Source: Leptonemataceae bacterium
Lineage (GTDB): Bacteria > Spirochaetota > Leptospiria > Leptospirales > Leptonemataceae
NCBI GenBank assembly: GCA_965227295.1
Contig: OZ245742.1
Location: 1,216,001-1,280,000 of the forward strand
Direction of reading: 5' to 3'
DNA: 64,000 bases
Position numbers and translations under genes: made by a program
Part shown: positions 19,573-30,270 of the stretch, piece by piece
How the letters are laid out: every line of letters starts with the position of its first letter
Position numbering within the stretch: the stretch's first letter is position 1
The notes under the pieces: generated by a model
What the model saw: the letters and a program-made list of their open reading frames with translations, nothing else
What the model was told of the DNA's origin: nothing
Databases searched by the model: none

Positions 19573-20211
19573 ATGTCAGAGTGGGGAGAACGCGTTATCG
19601 AACATTTGCTGGAACTGGGTAGAGCCGGGTGCCAGGGAAATGCCCAGGATTACCAATCCTGGGTTCGCTACGCCTATGCCCTGGACGTATCTGCCGAAGC
19701 CGTCGACCAGACGCTGAGCAGCATGGTCGCGGACGGGCAGTTTCGTCAGCATCCGGACATCCCCACCGAATTTTTGTACGCCGGCCGGCCGGATTTCCCG
19801 CCCAAGGTCGAATACCAGGTTTCGGGCGACCTGAACAATTCTCCTCTGCAAATGGTCCGGTCGCGGCTGGAGGCATTTCTGCGTCATCACGGGGCCTCGG
19901 AAGAGGAAATCATCGACGTTTCCATCGGCACGACCGAGGCCATGGAGAACGCCGTGAAGTACAGCGATCATAAAGACATCGACGTCGCGTACGAAATCCG
20001 CGACGGCGAAATCTTTCACATTCGCATCGTCAATCGCATCGGCGACGTCCAGCCGGAGCAGGACATTGAGTCCGGCAAGTACAGCGGCTCGCTGACGCTC
20101 ATGCGCGGGATGATGGTCATGGTTAAGCTCTTCGACGAGATGGACATCGACATCTCCGAGGAGCAGCAACAGGCGATCTTCGAGGCGCACAAGAAGCTTA
20201 CGCGCAACTGA
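19573..20211 (+). CDS. RsbW/anti-sigma-like ATP-binding protein with extra N-terminal domain
   Basis: [11 protein letters not shown]-box, [14 protein letters not shown]. Confidence 0.8.
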   Translation: MSEWGERVIEHLLELGRAGCQGNAQDYQSWVRYAYALDVSAEAVDQTLSSMVADGQFRQHPDIPTEFLYAGRPDFPPKVEYQVSGDLNNSPLQMVRSRLEAFLRHHGASEEEIIDVSIGTTEAMENAVKYSDHKDIDVAYEIRDGEIFHIRIVNRIGDVQPEQDIESGKYSGSLTLMRGMMVMVKLFDEMDIDISEEQQQAIFEAHKKLTRN

Positions 20212-20221
20212 GTCGTCGCCC

Positions 20222-22405
20222 GTGAATCCCCCGGAAGAACAGCCCTTTAAGCTCGTTTCGGCCTACCGTCCCGCCGGCGACCAGCCCCGGGCCATCGAAA
20301 GCCTGGTCGAAGCCTTCAATAAAAAACACAAGCAGAAGCTCTGCCTCGTGGGTGTCACCGGCTCCGGCAAGACCTACACCATGGCCTCGTTCATCCAGGG
20401 CATCGCGCGGCCGGCCCTGGTGCTCACACACAACAAAACGCTGGCGGCCCAGCTCTATCGCGAGTTTCGCGAGTACTTTCCGGAGAACGCCGTCGAGTAC
20501 TTCGTATCTTACTATGACTACTACCAACCCGAAGCTTACGTTCCGACGAGCGACACTTACATAGAGAAAGATGCTTCGATCAACGACGAGATTGATCGAC
20601 TGCGTTTGCGTGCGACGTCGTCGTTGCTGGAGCGACGGGACGTGGTCATTGTTTCTTCGGTGTCGTGCATCTACGGTTTGGGCTCGCCCGAGGAGTACAA
20701 ACACAGCCTCGTGATGCTCGACCGCGGCCTGGAACTGGATCGCAACACGGTGATTCGCCAGTTGTTACACGTACAGTACGCGCGCAACGATGTGGACTTT
20801 TCCCGTGGTAACTTTCGCGTGCGCGGGGATACCCTTGAGGTCTTTCCGGCGTATCGCGAAGAAGGCGTGCGCATTGAATGGTTCGGTGACGAGATCGAGG
20901 CGATTTCGTTGATCGACCCTTTGAGCGGTCGCGTGCTTTCGAAGAAAGAGCGCGTCATTATTTACCCGGCCAAGCACTTTATTACTTCGCCGCCGCGCCT
21001 GGAGCAGGCCACGAAGGCCATCGAAGACGAGCTGGGAGCGCAGATCAAACTGTTCCAGGAACAGGGCAAGCCCCTCGAAGCCGAGCGCATCGAACAACGC
21101 ACGCGTTACGACGTGGAGATGCTGCGCACGATGGGCTATTGCAACGGCATCGAAAACTACTCGCGGCATCTCGCCGGACGCGAAGCCGGTGAGCGACCGG
21201 CCTGTTTGCTGGATTATTTTCCGGATGACTTCGTGGTAATCGTCGACGAATCGCACCAGACCATACCCCAGGTGCGCGGCATGTTCGAGGGCGACCGCGC
21301 GCGCAAACAAACGCTCGTGGATTTCGGCTTTCGCCTGCCGTCCGCGCTGGACAACCGCCCGCTGAACTTCGGCGAGTTCGAGACGATGGCCGAAAGCGTG
21401 CTCTGGGTTTCGGCGACGCCGAGTGACTATGAGCGCGAGAATTCGCAGCATACCGTCGAGCAGATCATCCGCCCCACGGGATTGCTGGATCCGGAAGTGG
21501 AAGTGCGGCCGGTGAAGAATCAGATCGAAGACCTGCTCGGCGAGATTCGCAAACGCATGGCCGCGGACGAGCGCGTGCTGGTGACCACGCTCACGAAGAA
21601 GATGGCCGAGGATCTTTCGGATTACCTGGCCGACATGGACGTGAACGTCGCCTATCTGCACAGCGAGATTCAAACGATCGAGCGGGTGGAGATCATTCGC
21701 GATTTGCGCAAGGGTGTATACGATGTGTTGGTGGGCGTGAACCTGCTGCGCGAAGGCCTCGATATGCCGGAGGTTTCCCTGGTGGCGATTCTCGACGCCG
21801 ACAAAGAAGGCTTTTTGCGCAACGCGCGTTCGTTGATTCAAACGATCGGCCGGGCGGCGCGCAACGTAAACGGCCGGGCCATTCTCTATGCCGACAAAAC
21901 CACGCCGTCCATGCAGAACGCCATCGACGAGACTCTGCGCCGCCGCAAGATTCAAGAAGAGCACAACGTCGCGAACAACATTACGCCTACGACGATTCGC
22001 AAGGCGATCCATGACATCATCGAGCGTAACTTCATCGAAGAAGACGAGGGCGAAGAAGAACGCCTGCTCGCGGAACTCGAAGAAGAGGTGAAGTTTAAGA
22101 AGGGCGCAAGCAAACGCGAGAAGATCGCCACCGTGCGTCAGGCCATGCTCGACGCGGCGCGCAACCTGGAATTTGAAAAGGCGGCGTTGTTGCGCGATAA
22201 GCTCCAGGCAATTGAAGAAGGCAAAGATTCCGGCGGAGACGGCAAAGGCTTGAAGAAGGCCGGCAAGCAGACGAAGAAAAAACCGTTTCGCCCGCGGTCG
22301 GGAACGAGCGGGAGTTCGCGGCGCAACAAGAGCGGCAAGCCGCGCGACAACGTCATCAGCATCGATAGCGCGCGGAAAAAAAAGAAACGTTCGAAAAAAT
22401 CGTAG
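20222..22405 (+). CDS. uvrB: excinuclease ABC subunit B
   Basis: [46 protein letters not shown]. Confidence 0.98.
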   Translation: MNPPEEQPFKLVSAYRPAGDQPRAIESLVEAFNKKHKQKLCLVGVTGSGKTYTMASFIQGIARPALVLTHNKTLAAQLYREFREYFPENAVEYFVSYYDYYQPEAYVPTSDTYIEKDASINDEIDRLRLRATSSLLERRDVVIVSSVSCIYGLGSPEEYKHSLVMLDRGLELDRNTVIRQLLHVQYARNDVDFSRGNFRVRGDTLEVFPAYREEGVRIEWFGDEIEAISLIDPLSGRVLSKKERVIIYPAKHFITSPPRLEQATKAIEDELGAQIKLFQEQGKPLEAERIEQRTRYDVEMLRTMGYCNGIENYSRHLAGREAGERPACLLDYFPDDFVVIVDESHQTIPQVRGMFEGDRARKQTLVDFGFRLPSALDNRPLNFGEFETMAESVLWVSATPSDYERENSQHTVEQIIRPTGLLDPEVEVRPVKNQIEDLLGEIRKRMAADERVLVTTLTKKMAEDLSDYLADMDVNVAYLHSEIQTIERVEIIRDLRKGVYDVLVGVNLLREGLDMPEVSLVAILDADKEGFLRNARSLIQTIGRAARNVNGRAILYADKTTPSMQNAIDETLRRRKIQEEHNVANNITPTTIRKAIHDIIERNFIEEDEGEEERLLAELEEEVKFKKGASKREKIATVRQAMLDAARNLEFEKAALLRDKLQAIEEGKDSGGDGKGLKKAGKQTKKKPFRPRSGTSGSSRRNKSGKPRDNVISIDSARKKKKRSKKS

Positions 22406-22438
22406 CCAGACGTCGACCGCCCGTGTGAAATCCGGGAC

Positions 22439-23770
22439 ATGCTGTCTTCATGGAAGTCGGCCTGGTCCTGGATTCTGGGCCGGCACATTTCCGAGCAACT
22501 CCCCGAACGAGAGCGCCGCGAGTTTCGCCTTACTATTAACACGCAGGTGGTGTTGATCTGCGTTAATCTTGTGATGTGGTTCGTCCCCGTTCCGCCGGAG
22601 GAGCACGGGGTCCTGCACCTGGCCAGTACCTTGTTTCTGGTAGAGCTGATCACTGCCTGGCTATTGCTCCGCAATCGTTACGCGCTGGCCGCGAAGGCGC
22701 TGACGCTCTTCGCCATGTGCGTGCATCTCTCTCTCATCGCGTTCGGGCTCACGACCCAGCACGCACACTTCTTTTACCCGGTGGTCAGTCTGCTCTCGCT
22801 TTTGATTTTTCGAAACCAGAATCGTTTCGTGCGCGCGGTCTTTGCCGTACTGCCCATAATCATTTTGATCATTCACCAGTCCTACTTCATGGTGCTGGGC
22901 GGTGAGGCCTATTACGGTCCGCGACCGGAAGAGTTTACTTTTGATCAAGTCGTTCTGGATTTGATCTTCAGCCAGTTCATTCTACTGTTTATCGTGTATC
23001 AGTTCATTCATGCTCGCGATCGGGCGGAGGCGACCCTGGAACTGGAGCACCAGAAATCGGAGCGTCTTTTGTTGAACATCCTGCCCCGGGAAGTCGCCGA
23101 GGAACTCAAGGCGAAAGGCGCGGCCGAACCGCGATTGTATAAATCGACTACGATCTGTTTTACCGACTTCAAAGGTTTCACGCAAATTGCCGAATCCCTG
23201 GCGCCAGCGGAACTCGTGGGCGAACTCGACCGCTGCTTTTCGTACTTCGACAACCTCATGAGCCGTCATAACCTGGAAAAACTCAAGACGATCGGCGACA
23301 GCTACATGTTTGCCGGCGGCATTCCCGTGGAGAATCGTACGCACGCGGTGGACTGCATACTTGCGGCGATCGAAATCCAGGCGTTTATGAATCAGATGAA
23401 AGACATCAAGGAACGACAGGGACTTCCGTACTGGGAATTGCGTCTGGGCATTCATTCGGGAGATCTCGTGGCCGGTGTCATCGGCGAAAAGAAATTCGCG
23501 TACGATGTCTGGAGCGATACGGTGAACACGGCAAGTCGTTGCGAATCGTCGGGCGTGCCCGGTCGAATCAACATTTCGGCGGAGACCTACGAGTTAGTGA
23601 AGGACTTCTTCGAATGTGAGTACCGCGGAGCAATCGAGGCCAAGAACAAAGGTAAGATCGAAATGTACTTCGTGATCGGGTTGCGCCCGGAATTACAGAG
23701 CGGCGGGGAAGAACGGTTGCCCAACGAAGAGTTTCAGCGGCGCTACACAGAATTGTCACAACGCTCTTAA
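22439..23770 (+). CDS. membrane-bound class III adenylate cyclase
   Basis: N-terminal TMs; LLNILP, FTDFKGFT, KTIGDSYM, YDVWSDTVNTASR. Confidence 0.93.
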   Translation: MLSSWKSAWSWILGRHISEQLPERERREFRLTINTQVVLICVNLVMWFVPVPPEEHGVLHLASTLFLVELITAWLLLRNRYALAAKALTLFAMCVHLSLIAFGLTTQHAHFFYPVVSLLSLLIFRNQNRFVRAVFAVLPIIILIIHQSYFMVLGGEAYYGPRPEEFTFDQVVLDLIFSQFILLFIVYQFIHARDRAEATLELEHQKSERLLLNILPREVAEELKAKGAAEPRLYKSTTICFTDFKGFTQIAESLAPAELVGELDRCFSYFDNLMSRHNLEKLKTIGDSYMFAGGIPVENRTHAVDCILAAIEIQAFMNQMKDIKERQGLPYWELRLGIHSGDLVAGVIGEKKFAYDVWSDTVNTASRCESSGVPGRINISAETYELVKDFFECEYRGAIEAKNKGKIEMYFVIGLRPELQSGGEERLPNEEFQRRYTELSQRS

Positions 23771-23783
23771 AAGAGAACTGCGC

Positions 23784-23812
23784 TTGACCTGATTTGCACT
23801 CCGTCCTAGATT
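23784..23812 (+). promoter_or_regulatory. sigma70-type promoter, probably leaderless transcript
   Basis: TTGACC-17-TAGATT, 6 nt before ATG 23819, no SD. Confidence 0.6.
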
Positions 23813-23818
23813 TGCTGC

Positions 23819-25150
23819 ATGCGTTCCGTATTCGCCGCCATTCTCATCTTTACGGTTACTGGAGCATTCCAGAATTTCGAACTCGCCGCTCAGGGCATTA
23901 AGATCCAGGCAACGATCGATGCGCCGCATACGCCGGTCGGCTTCGCGGGTTCCTCGCCGCGCTACGTCTTACTTAAGAAAGGCGTTGCCGATTTGCAGAG
24001 CAAGGGTGTGGAGAGTTTGCCCGAAGTCTCGGCCGTGAAAGGCATTCCGCAGGCGCCGGAACGCGTGCGCGGTCGGGAAAACATTCAAAAGGCCATCAAC
24101 GCGGATCAGTATTGGTCCATCCGCGGGGACTATCAGTTCGTCGACGTGGCGGAGCGTCGGGCCGGCCTGCTCCTGGAAAAGCGCGGGGAACGCAAGACCG
24201 TCAGCGGCAATCCGCAATGTCCCGACGGCTCGGCCTCGCGGTACGTGGAACAGTACGCCCGCTATCTTTGCGAAAAGACCAGAAAGTACATCGATACGGA
24301 CGATTATCAGGAACGCTTCAAAGAGTACTACTTTGCCTTGATCGATCTGGATGCGAAGTCCGTCGTCTGGATGACTCGCCTCGAAGACTTCACTCTCGGA
24401 GTTAAGCCCATCGGCGTGCACACGGACGGCGGACAGTTTTACTTTTCGAACATCATCTACGTTTCGAGGGATGCCGGTAAGTCGGAAGGCAAAATTCATA
24501 TTCGCGGTCTCGATCTAACGAACGGCAAGATTGCAACGAGCAAAGATTTCGACATCCCTGTGCGCACGTATAGCAGTTACAGCATCGATGTTTTCATGGC
24601 GGCGGACGGCAGTAAGATCGGCTTCGTGGAGTACGATGAGCCGGTAAATCGTAAGACCGGCGCGGGCAGCATTCAAAATCCCCCGGCGCAAACTTACGTA
24701 TACGACGTGGCGTCGCAGAAGCTGCAAACGTTCCAGAGCGATGTAACGTCGTACGGTCGCGCGTTTTCGCGGGACGGTCGTTATTTGTACCTGGCCAGCA
24801 ACGCCATGGCGCGCTTGACCGCTTACGATCTGGAAAGCGGCCAGAAAATCAAAACGGTGCCGTCGCCGCGGAACAGCTTCTTCGCCGTCGTGTCGCCGAA
24901 CGATAAATGGATCTACGTCTTCGGTAAGACCGAGGTGCGCATCTACGATCGTGCGTCGCTGAAACTCGCGAAGAAGATTCCGCTCGGTGGTATTTTTAAG
25001 GGCGTGCAGTCGTTGCTCGTTTCGGAAGAGATGCAGGCCGCGCCGGACGGCAGCGTGGTGTTGTTTCCGTTGCTCGAGAAAGCGAAGAACGGGCCGTGGT
25101 GGTCGAAGAAAGACGACGGCGGGTTTTATGTGCTGGAGTTGGTGGAGTAA
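23819..25150 (+). CDS. exported beta-propeller (YncE/YVTN-like) protein
   Basis: signal peptide; blades FSRDGRYLYLA, VSPNDKWIYV, AAPDGSVVLF. Confidence 0.75.
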   Translation: MRSVFAAILIFTVTGAFQNFELAAQGIKIQATIDAPHTPVGFAGSSPRYVLLKKGVADLQSKGVESLPEVSAVKGIPQAPERVRGRENIQKAINADQYWSIRGDYQFVDVAERRAGLLLEKRGERKTVSGNPQCPDGSASRYVEQYARYLCEKTRKYIDTDDYQERFKEYYFALIDLDAKSVVWMTRLEDFTLGVKPIGVHTDGGQFYFSNIIYVSRDAGKSEGKIHIRGLDLTNGKIATSKDFDIPVRTYSSYSIDVFMAADGSKIGFVEYDEPVNRKTGAGSIQNPPAQTYVYDVASQKLQTFQSDVTSYGRAFSRDGRYLYLASNAMARLTAYDLESGQKIKTVPSPRNSFFAVVSPNDKWIYVFGKTEVRIYDRASLKLAKKIPLGGIFKGVQSLLVSEEMQAAPDGSVVLFPLLEKAKNGPWWSKKDDGGFYVLELVE

Positions 25151-25177
25151 TCCGCGAATCCAACCACACACGGACGC

Positions 25178-26875
25178 CTACTTCTCATCCAGCTCATGCA
25201 CGGGCACCCAATCCTCCGGCACTTCTTGAATCATCAATAGCGTAATGCGTTCCGTGTACAATCGTGCCGGCCAATCGCTGGGATTTTCCTGGAGGATGTC
25301 GTGAAACAATTGCATGGCCTCCGGGAAGCGGCGGTTGCGGTAATGGTCCATGGCCTCGTGGAAACGGTCGCGGCTTTCCCATTTTTGTTCGGCGACGGCC
25401 GGGCGTTCGCCGTCCAGGCACTCGTAGACGTCCACGGGTTCCTTGCGTCCCTTCACGATGATGCGATCCAGGAATCGAAAGCGGAACTCTTCGGGGTTCT
25501 GTAGCGTGTCGACGACGGCATTGGAACAAACCATCGAAACACCGTAATGTCGCGTGAGTCCTTCGAGGCGCGACGCCAGGTTGACGTTGTCCGAGAACGC
25601 GTCGCCCTGGAGGCGTTGTTTATCGCCGACGACCCCGACCATCATATAACCGGAGTGCACGCCCAGGCCGAGGGCGATGGGCAGATGATGGCGTTCCCGT
25701 CGGGCGCGGTTGTAATCGCGGACCTGGGCCAGCTTCGCGATGCCCGCGCGTACGGCGTCGTCCGGTTGCTTCGGAAACAGCGCCATCATGCCGTCGCCCA
25801 GGTACTTGACAATGATCCCGCCGTGTCCGCGCACGATGGGGCTAACCTGTCCCAGGAAACTGTTAATGAAGTTGAAGTTCTCCGCCGGTGTCATGGATTC
25901 CGAGAGCGTGGTGAACGAGCGGATGTCGGAAAAAAGAACCGTCATGTCCCGGCTCACGTGATCGCCGGCTTCCACTTCCCAGATGTTGTCCCGGCCGAGA
26001 TAACGTACGAATTCCCCGGGCACGAAGCGTCGGTACGCTTCACTCGTTCGACCAAGATCATTCATGGCACGCAGGAGGCCGTCGGTCATATCGTTGAATG
26101 CCCGGGCCAGGCGACCGAACTCGTCTTTGCGATCGACCGGCAGCCGGTAGTCCAGGTGGCCGGCGGCGATTTCGTTTACGCCGGTGCTGAGTTCGCGGAT
26201 CGGCCGTGTAAGGTAGCGCGAAAAAACGTAAGCGAGAATAGCCAGTACGATCAGGGAGATGAACAAGGCCACGGAGGCGCGGCGCACGAAGGATTTACGA
26301 AAGCCCGCCAGCGCCCGCGTGCTGATCTCAATGATGACGACGCCGTTCGCCGCACCGCTTCGTTCGCGGATGGGTGCCATGACGGAAAGTACTTTGCCGT
26401 GCGCTGTTTGTTCGGCGTTGAGATTGAACTGTTCTTTGTTGTTCTGAACCACGCCTTTGATGGTTGCGATGTGATCCAGGGTATCTTCGAAGGAAGTACC
26501 GGGCGGATGCGGTTCGTCGAGGGCCGGGTTCTCTTCGCGACTGCCGGCATCCACGACGTAGTACAGGGCGTCGGTTTCGGAATCGTAGCGTAGCGAATAG
26601 ACGTAGGTGATGTATGGTTCGGTGCGCAGCAGCTCGCGCATCCATCGATGGTAGCGCTGGAATGCCGCTGAGTCGACGTCCCGCGGATGCCGGAGCGCGG
26701 CGTGTTCCGTACCGTCCACTGTGAAGGCGAGCTGGCGGGCGAGGGCGAGCTTGCCGCGTACAAACTGCGCGTTGTAGCGGCGCGACATGAGAAATAACGT
26801 GGGCGCGCCGATGCCCCCGAACAGTACGACACCGGCGAGCAGAAAGGTGAGTAAGATGCGAGTGCGTACGCTCAT
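25178..26875 (-). CDS. class III adenylate cyclase with periplasmic sensor, HAMP and C-terminal TPR-like helices
   Basis: TM-sensor-TM; HAMP PIREL..DEFGRLARAFNDM; FSDIRSFT, KYLGDG, DNVNLASRLE. Confidence 0.92.
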   Translation of the reverse strand: MSVRTRILLTFLLAGVVLFGGIGAPTLFLMSRRYNAQFVRGKLALARQLAFTVDGTEHAALRHPRDVDSAAFQRYHRWMRELLRTEPYITYVYSLRYDSETDALYYVVDAGSREENPALDEPHPPGTSFEDTLDHIATIKGVVQNNKEQFNLNAEQTAHGKVLSVMAPIRERSGAANGVVIIEISTRALAGFRKSFVRRASVALFISLIVLAILAYVFSRYLTRPIRELSTGVNEIAAGHLDYRLPVDRKDEFGRLARAFNDMTDGLLRAMNDLGRTSEAYRRFVPGEFVRYLGRDNIWEVEAGDHVSRDMTVLFSDIRSFTTLSESMTPAENFNFINSFLGQVSPIVRGHGGIIVKYLGDGMMALFPKQPDDAVRAGIAKLAQVRDYNRARRERHHLPIALGLGVHSGYMMVGVVGDKQRLQGDAFSDNVNLASRLEGLTRHYGVSMVCSNAVVDTLQNPEEFRFRFLDRIIVKGRKEPVDVYECLDGERPAVAEQKWESRDRFHEAMDHYRNRRFPEAMQLFHDILQENPSDWPARLYTERITLLMIQEVPEDWVPVHELDEK

Positions 26876-26900
26876 GCGGCCGGCGCACCGCGTGGGTTCG

Positions 26901-27272
26901 TCAGAAAGGTTTGTAGATCGCGACGTAGGCCACCAGCGCTCCGAGGAGCGGGATCACCCACCACAGGATCTTTGCCAGGCCCGGTGAACGATACAGCATC
27001 GCCAGCAGGCCGCCCATGACGAACCACATGATCAGCTTGAACCAGATCCAGCCCGGCCAGTCACCGACACCCATGATGCCCAGGCGGGCCATCATACCGA
27101 AACCGGAGACGAGAATCAGCAACAGGCCGATGCCGTGCAGAATGGCGGCCGGCTTGCGCCCGCGGAAGTCTTTCGTTCCGCCGGAGAGCACGTGCAGGGC
27201 CACTCCGCCGAGAGCGAAGAAGAGGCCGATCACGCCGGCAAGGTGGATCACTTTGTAGAAGATCAGCGGCAT
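26901..27272 (-). CDS. small 4-TM membrane protein (SirB-like)
   Basis: YKVIHL, LHGIGLLLILVSG, WIWFKL, YKPF end. Confidence 0.7.
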   Translation of the reverse strand: MPLIFYKVIHLAGVIGLFFALGGVALHVLSGGTKDFRGRKPAAILHGIGLLLILVSGFGMMARLGIMGVGDWPGWIWFKLIMWFVMGGLLAMLYRSPGLAKILWWVIPLLGALVAYVAIYKPF

Positions 27273-27320
27273 AGTTCCCTCTGTTTAATGCTCCGCGAAT
27301 CCGCGTACAGCATTTTTTCG

Positions 27321-28763
27321 TTATAGCAATAATCCCGGGAAGAACCCGAGCAGAATCAGCAGCGCCGTTCCAAGGAGCGCCACGGCCCCGTAGTTCCAGC
27401 GTCGGTCGGATTCCGGGGTCTCGTCTTCGTTGAGCCGGACGGCGCTGACGGCCCCGGGGCGAAACCAGATCGCCCGGAGGAGGCCGAAGTAGAAGAACGC
27501 CGCGACGACGGTGCCGAGGACGCCGATCACCAGGGCCAGGCTCACCGGTACGGCTAACATTCCACTGGAAGATGTTTGAAAGACCGCGAATACGACCAGG
27601 AACTTCGAAAAGAAACCCGCGGTGGGGGGAATGCCGGCGAAGCTCAAAAGAGCGATGCTCATCAACACGGCGTTGCGTCCGCGCCGGCGGCCGAGGCCTT
27701 CCAGGTCTTCGATGCTGTCCAGGTCGGCGTGGCGTGTTCCCAGGCGCAGCCACAGCGCGATGATTGTTAACGTCATGAGGCCGTAGACGAACAGGTAGAA
27801 CGCGGCGGTTTGGGCGCCCGCGAAACCCACGGCCAGCAGAATGAAGCCGGCATTCAGCACGGATGAACATGCCAGGATGCGTTTGAGGTTCGTTTGCGCG
27901 ATGCCCTGCAGGCCGCCGAAGAGAAACGAAAGCACCGCCGCGCCGAGCAGCACCGGGCGCCAGTAATCCGCGAAGGCGTAGAACGGACCATCTTGCAAAA
28001 GACGGTACATCATGGCGAAGTAGGCGACCTTCGCCGGCACCGCGATCACGGCCGTCGCGGCAAAGGACGATCCCTGGTAAACGTCGAGCAGGTAGCCGTG
28101 AAACGGGGCTGCCGCCGTCTTGAAAAAGAGCGCGGCAAGCATCAGCACCAGGGCCGCGAGAGCCAGGCCGGGATAACTCACAGTACCGCTCGTGACGAGT
28201 ACGGCATGGATTCGGCTCAGTTCAATGAAGCCCGTGGAGCCGTAGAGCAGCGAGACGCCGAATAGCAGCAGCGCCCCGGCGACGGCACCCAGGAGCAGGT
28301 ACTTCATGCCGGCCTCATTCGACCGGCGATCCCGGCGGCTGAAACCCGCAAGGGCGTAGGTGGGAATGGAGACGAGCTGAAAGGCGATGAACAGCGTCGG
28401 CAGGTTCCCCGCAAAGATCAAACTAAGCCCGCCCAACGTCGAACAGAGCACGATGAGTCGCCAGTCGGTATCGTCCACGTGTACTTTCGCAAAATAGCCG
28501 TGGCTGAGCAGCATCACCATGGCCGTGAGCAGCAAATACACGAACGCAAACTCTTTGGCACCGGAAGTTATGGAGATCGCCCCGCCGAAGAACTTGTGTC
28601 CCGGCACGAGCAGCGCAATGAACAACGCGCCCGTAAGCAGCGTCACCATGGACACCCAGAGCGAGGCGCTTTCCGAACGGCCGGGACGCTTGAGCGCGGA
28701 GAGTACCAGCAGTACGGCAATGCCGGCGATGAGCGGGAGCTGTGAAATGAGATACGAGTTCAT
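27321..28763 (-). CDS. nuoN: NADH-quinone oxidoreductase subunit N
   Basis: SNEAGMKY, FKTAAAPFH, DVYQGS, AGIPPTAGFFSK. Confidence 0.93.
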   Translation of the reverse strand: MNSYLISQLPLIAGIAVLLVLSALKRPGRSESASLWVSMVTLLTGALFIALLVPGHKFFGGAISITSGAKEFAFVYLLLTAMVMLLSHGYFAKVHVDDTDWRLIVLCSTLGGLSLIFAGNLPTLFIAFQLVSIPTYALAGFSRRDRRSNEAGMKYLLLGAVAGALLLFGVSLLYGSTGFIELSRIHAVLVTSGTVSYPGLALAALVLMLAALFFKTAAAPFHGYLLDVYQGSSFAATAVIAVPAKVAYFAMMYRLLQDGPFYAFADYWRPVLLGAAVLSFLFGGLQGIAQTNLKRILACSSVLNAGFILLAVGFAGAQTAAFYLFVYGLMTLTIIALWLRLGTRHADLDSIEDLEGLGRRRGRNAVLMSIALLSFAGIPPTAGFFSKFLVVFAVFQTSSSGMLAVPVSLALVIGVLGTVVAAFFYFGLLRAIWFRPGAVSAVRLNEDETPESDRRWNYGAVALLGTALLILLGFFPGLLL

Positions 28764-28767
28764 GATA

Positions 28768-30270
28768 TCAACGGTAGATCAGCACGGCTCCTTCCACGGC
28801 GGCGAGAATCAACATGGGCTGTAGCCCGGTCACGATCCAGATCGTGGCGAGGCCGAGGCCGGGAATTGTTTCCACCACGCTGAAGTCCGCGGCGACGGGA
28901 CCATCCGGAGTCCGGTCTGTACCGAGAAAATCGCGATGATAGATGCGCACGATGGCGGCGGCGGAAAGTAACAATCCGAGCAAAGCGACGAAGGCCGTGC
29001 CCGCCGACTCGCGATACGCGGAGAAGAGAATGAGCAGCTCCGCGGCGAAGCTGCCCGCCCCGGGCAGACTGATCGAAACGAAAATCGCCGTGAGCAACAA
29101 TGCGCTGAGTCGCGGTAAACGCAACTTAAGTCCACGCAGGTCGGTGTGGGCCTCGGAGCTTTCGGAGATGCGGCCTTCGAGACAGAACAGCGCCGTCATG
29201 ATCAAGCCGTGATTGAACATCTGAAAGAGGGCCGCGCCGAGGGCCGAGCCGTCCCGGGCATCGTTGCCGAGGGCGGTAAACATGCCGAGGGCGATGAGGC
29301 TCAAGTGCGTCAGCGACGAATACACGAGCACGTCCCGCATGCTCTGCACGCCCAGGCACAACAGCGCGCCGTAGACAATGCCGCTCAGCGCGAGCGTTTG
29401 CAACAGGCCGGCCACCGGCGCCGCTACCGTTACGTAGCCCCCGCAAACGATGACGAGGAAACCGTAGGCGCCGAGTTTCGACATGGCGGCGGAGAGAATC
29501 GTTCGCGCGAGCGCCGGCGAACCGTGATAGGTTTCGCGCAGCCAGCCGTGAAACGGAAACAGCGGCATCTTCACCGCGAAGGCCGCGAAGAAACCGGCGA
29601 GCGTCCACGCCCGGGCCGTCGGCGAAAGCGATGCGACAACCTCCGCCAGTTGCGTGAGGCGTACGTCACTGCCGGCCGAGGCGACCAGCACGGCGATGGA
29701 CGCGAGCATCGATAGACTGCCGAGCAGCGTGAATAACAAGAAGCGCGTCAGCGCACCGCTGACGACCTCGCGAGAACCGCCCCGTTCGGCGACGCCGTGC
29801 AATCCGATCCAGAAATACGCACCGATCAATGCGAGTTCGAAAAATCCGTAAAAGAGCACCAGGCTGTCCGCGAGAAACGCGCCCATGAGTCCGATGTGCA
29901 GAATGTTCGCGGAGATGTAGAACGACCGGTCACGACCGAGATACGTCGGGCGCAACCAGTAATACGCCAGGGGCAGGACCAGGCCGAGCATGAGAATCAA
30001 CACGGCGTTGGTCGGTCGCAGATGGAGAGCGAGGGCGATCTTTAATGTGATCGTATCGGAACTTAGTATATTAACATTCCCGAGGGCCAGGCGCAGTTCC
30101 TCGCCGCCGAACAACACGCTGCTGCCGACGAAGAGGAGTGCGAGGCCGTTCAGGACCTGGGCCAGCAGCTCCGCATTCGCCCGGTGGCGGTCGTCGCGCA
30201 GGTAGACCTGCACGGCGATGGACACGAACAGTATGAGAAACGGCAGCGCAAGCATCGGGTCTATCTCCAT
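28768..30270 (-). CDS. nuoM: NADH-quinone oxidoreductase subunit M
   Basis: FYGFFE, AFAVKMPLFPFHGWL, MSKLGAYG, QMFNHG. Confidence 0.93.
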   Translation of the reverse strand: MEIDPMLALPFLILFVSIAVQVYLRDDRHRANAELLAQVLNGLALLFVGSSVLFGGEELRLALGNVNILSSDTITLKIALALHLRPTNAVLILMLGLVLPLAYYWLRPTYLGRDRSFYISANILHIGLMGAFLADSLVLFYGFFELALIGAYFWIGLHGVAERGGSREVVSGALTRFLLFTLLGSLSMLASIAVLVASAGSDVRLTQLAEVVASLSPTARAWTLAGFFAAFAVKMPLFPFHGWLRETYHGSPALARTILSAAMSKLGAYGFLVIVCGGYVTVAAPVAGLLQTLALSGIVYGALLCLGVQSMRDVLVYSSLTHLSLIALGMFTALGNDARDGSALGAALFQMFNHGLIMTALFCLEGRISESSEAHTDLRGLKLRLPRLSALLLTAIFVSISLPGAGSFAAELLILFSAYRESAGTAFVALLGLLLSAAAIVRIYHRDFLGTDRTPDGPVAADFSVVETIPGLGLATIWIVTGLQPMLILAAVEGAVLIYR

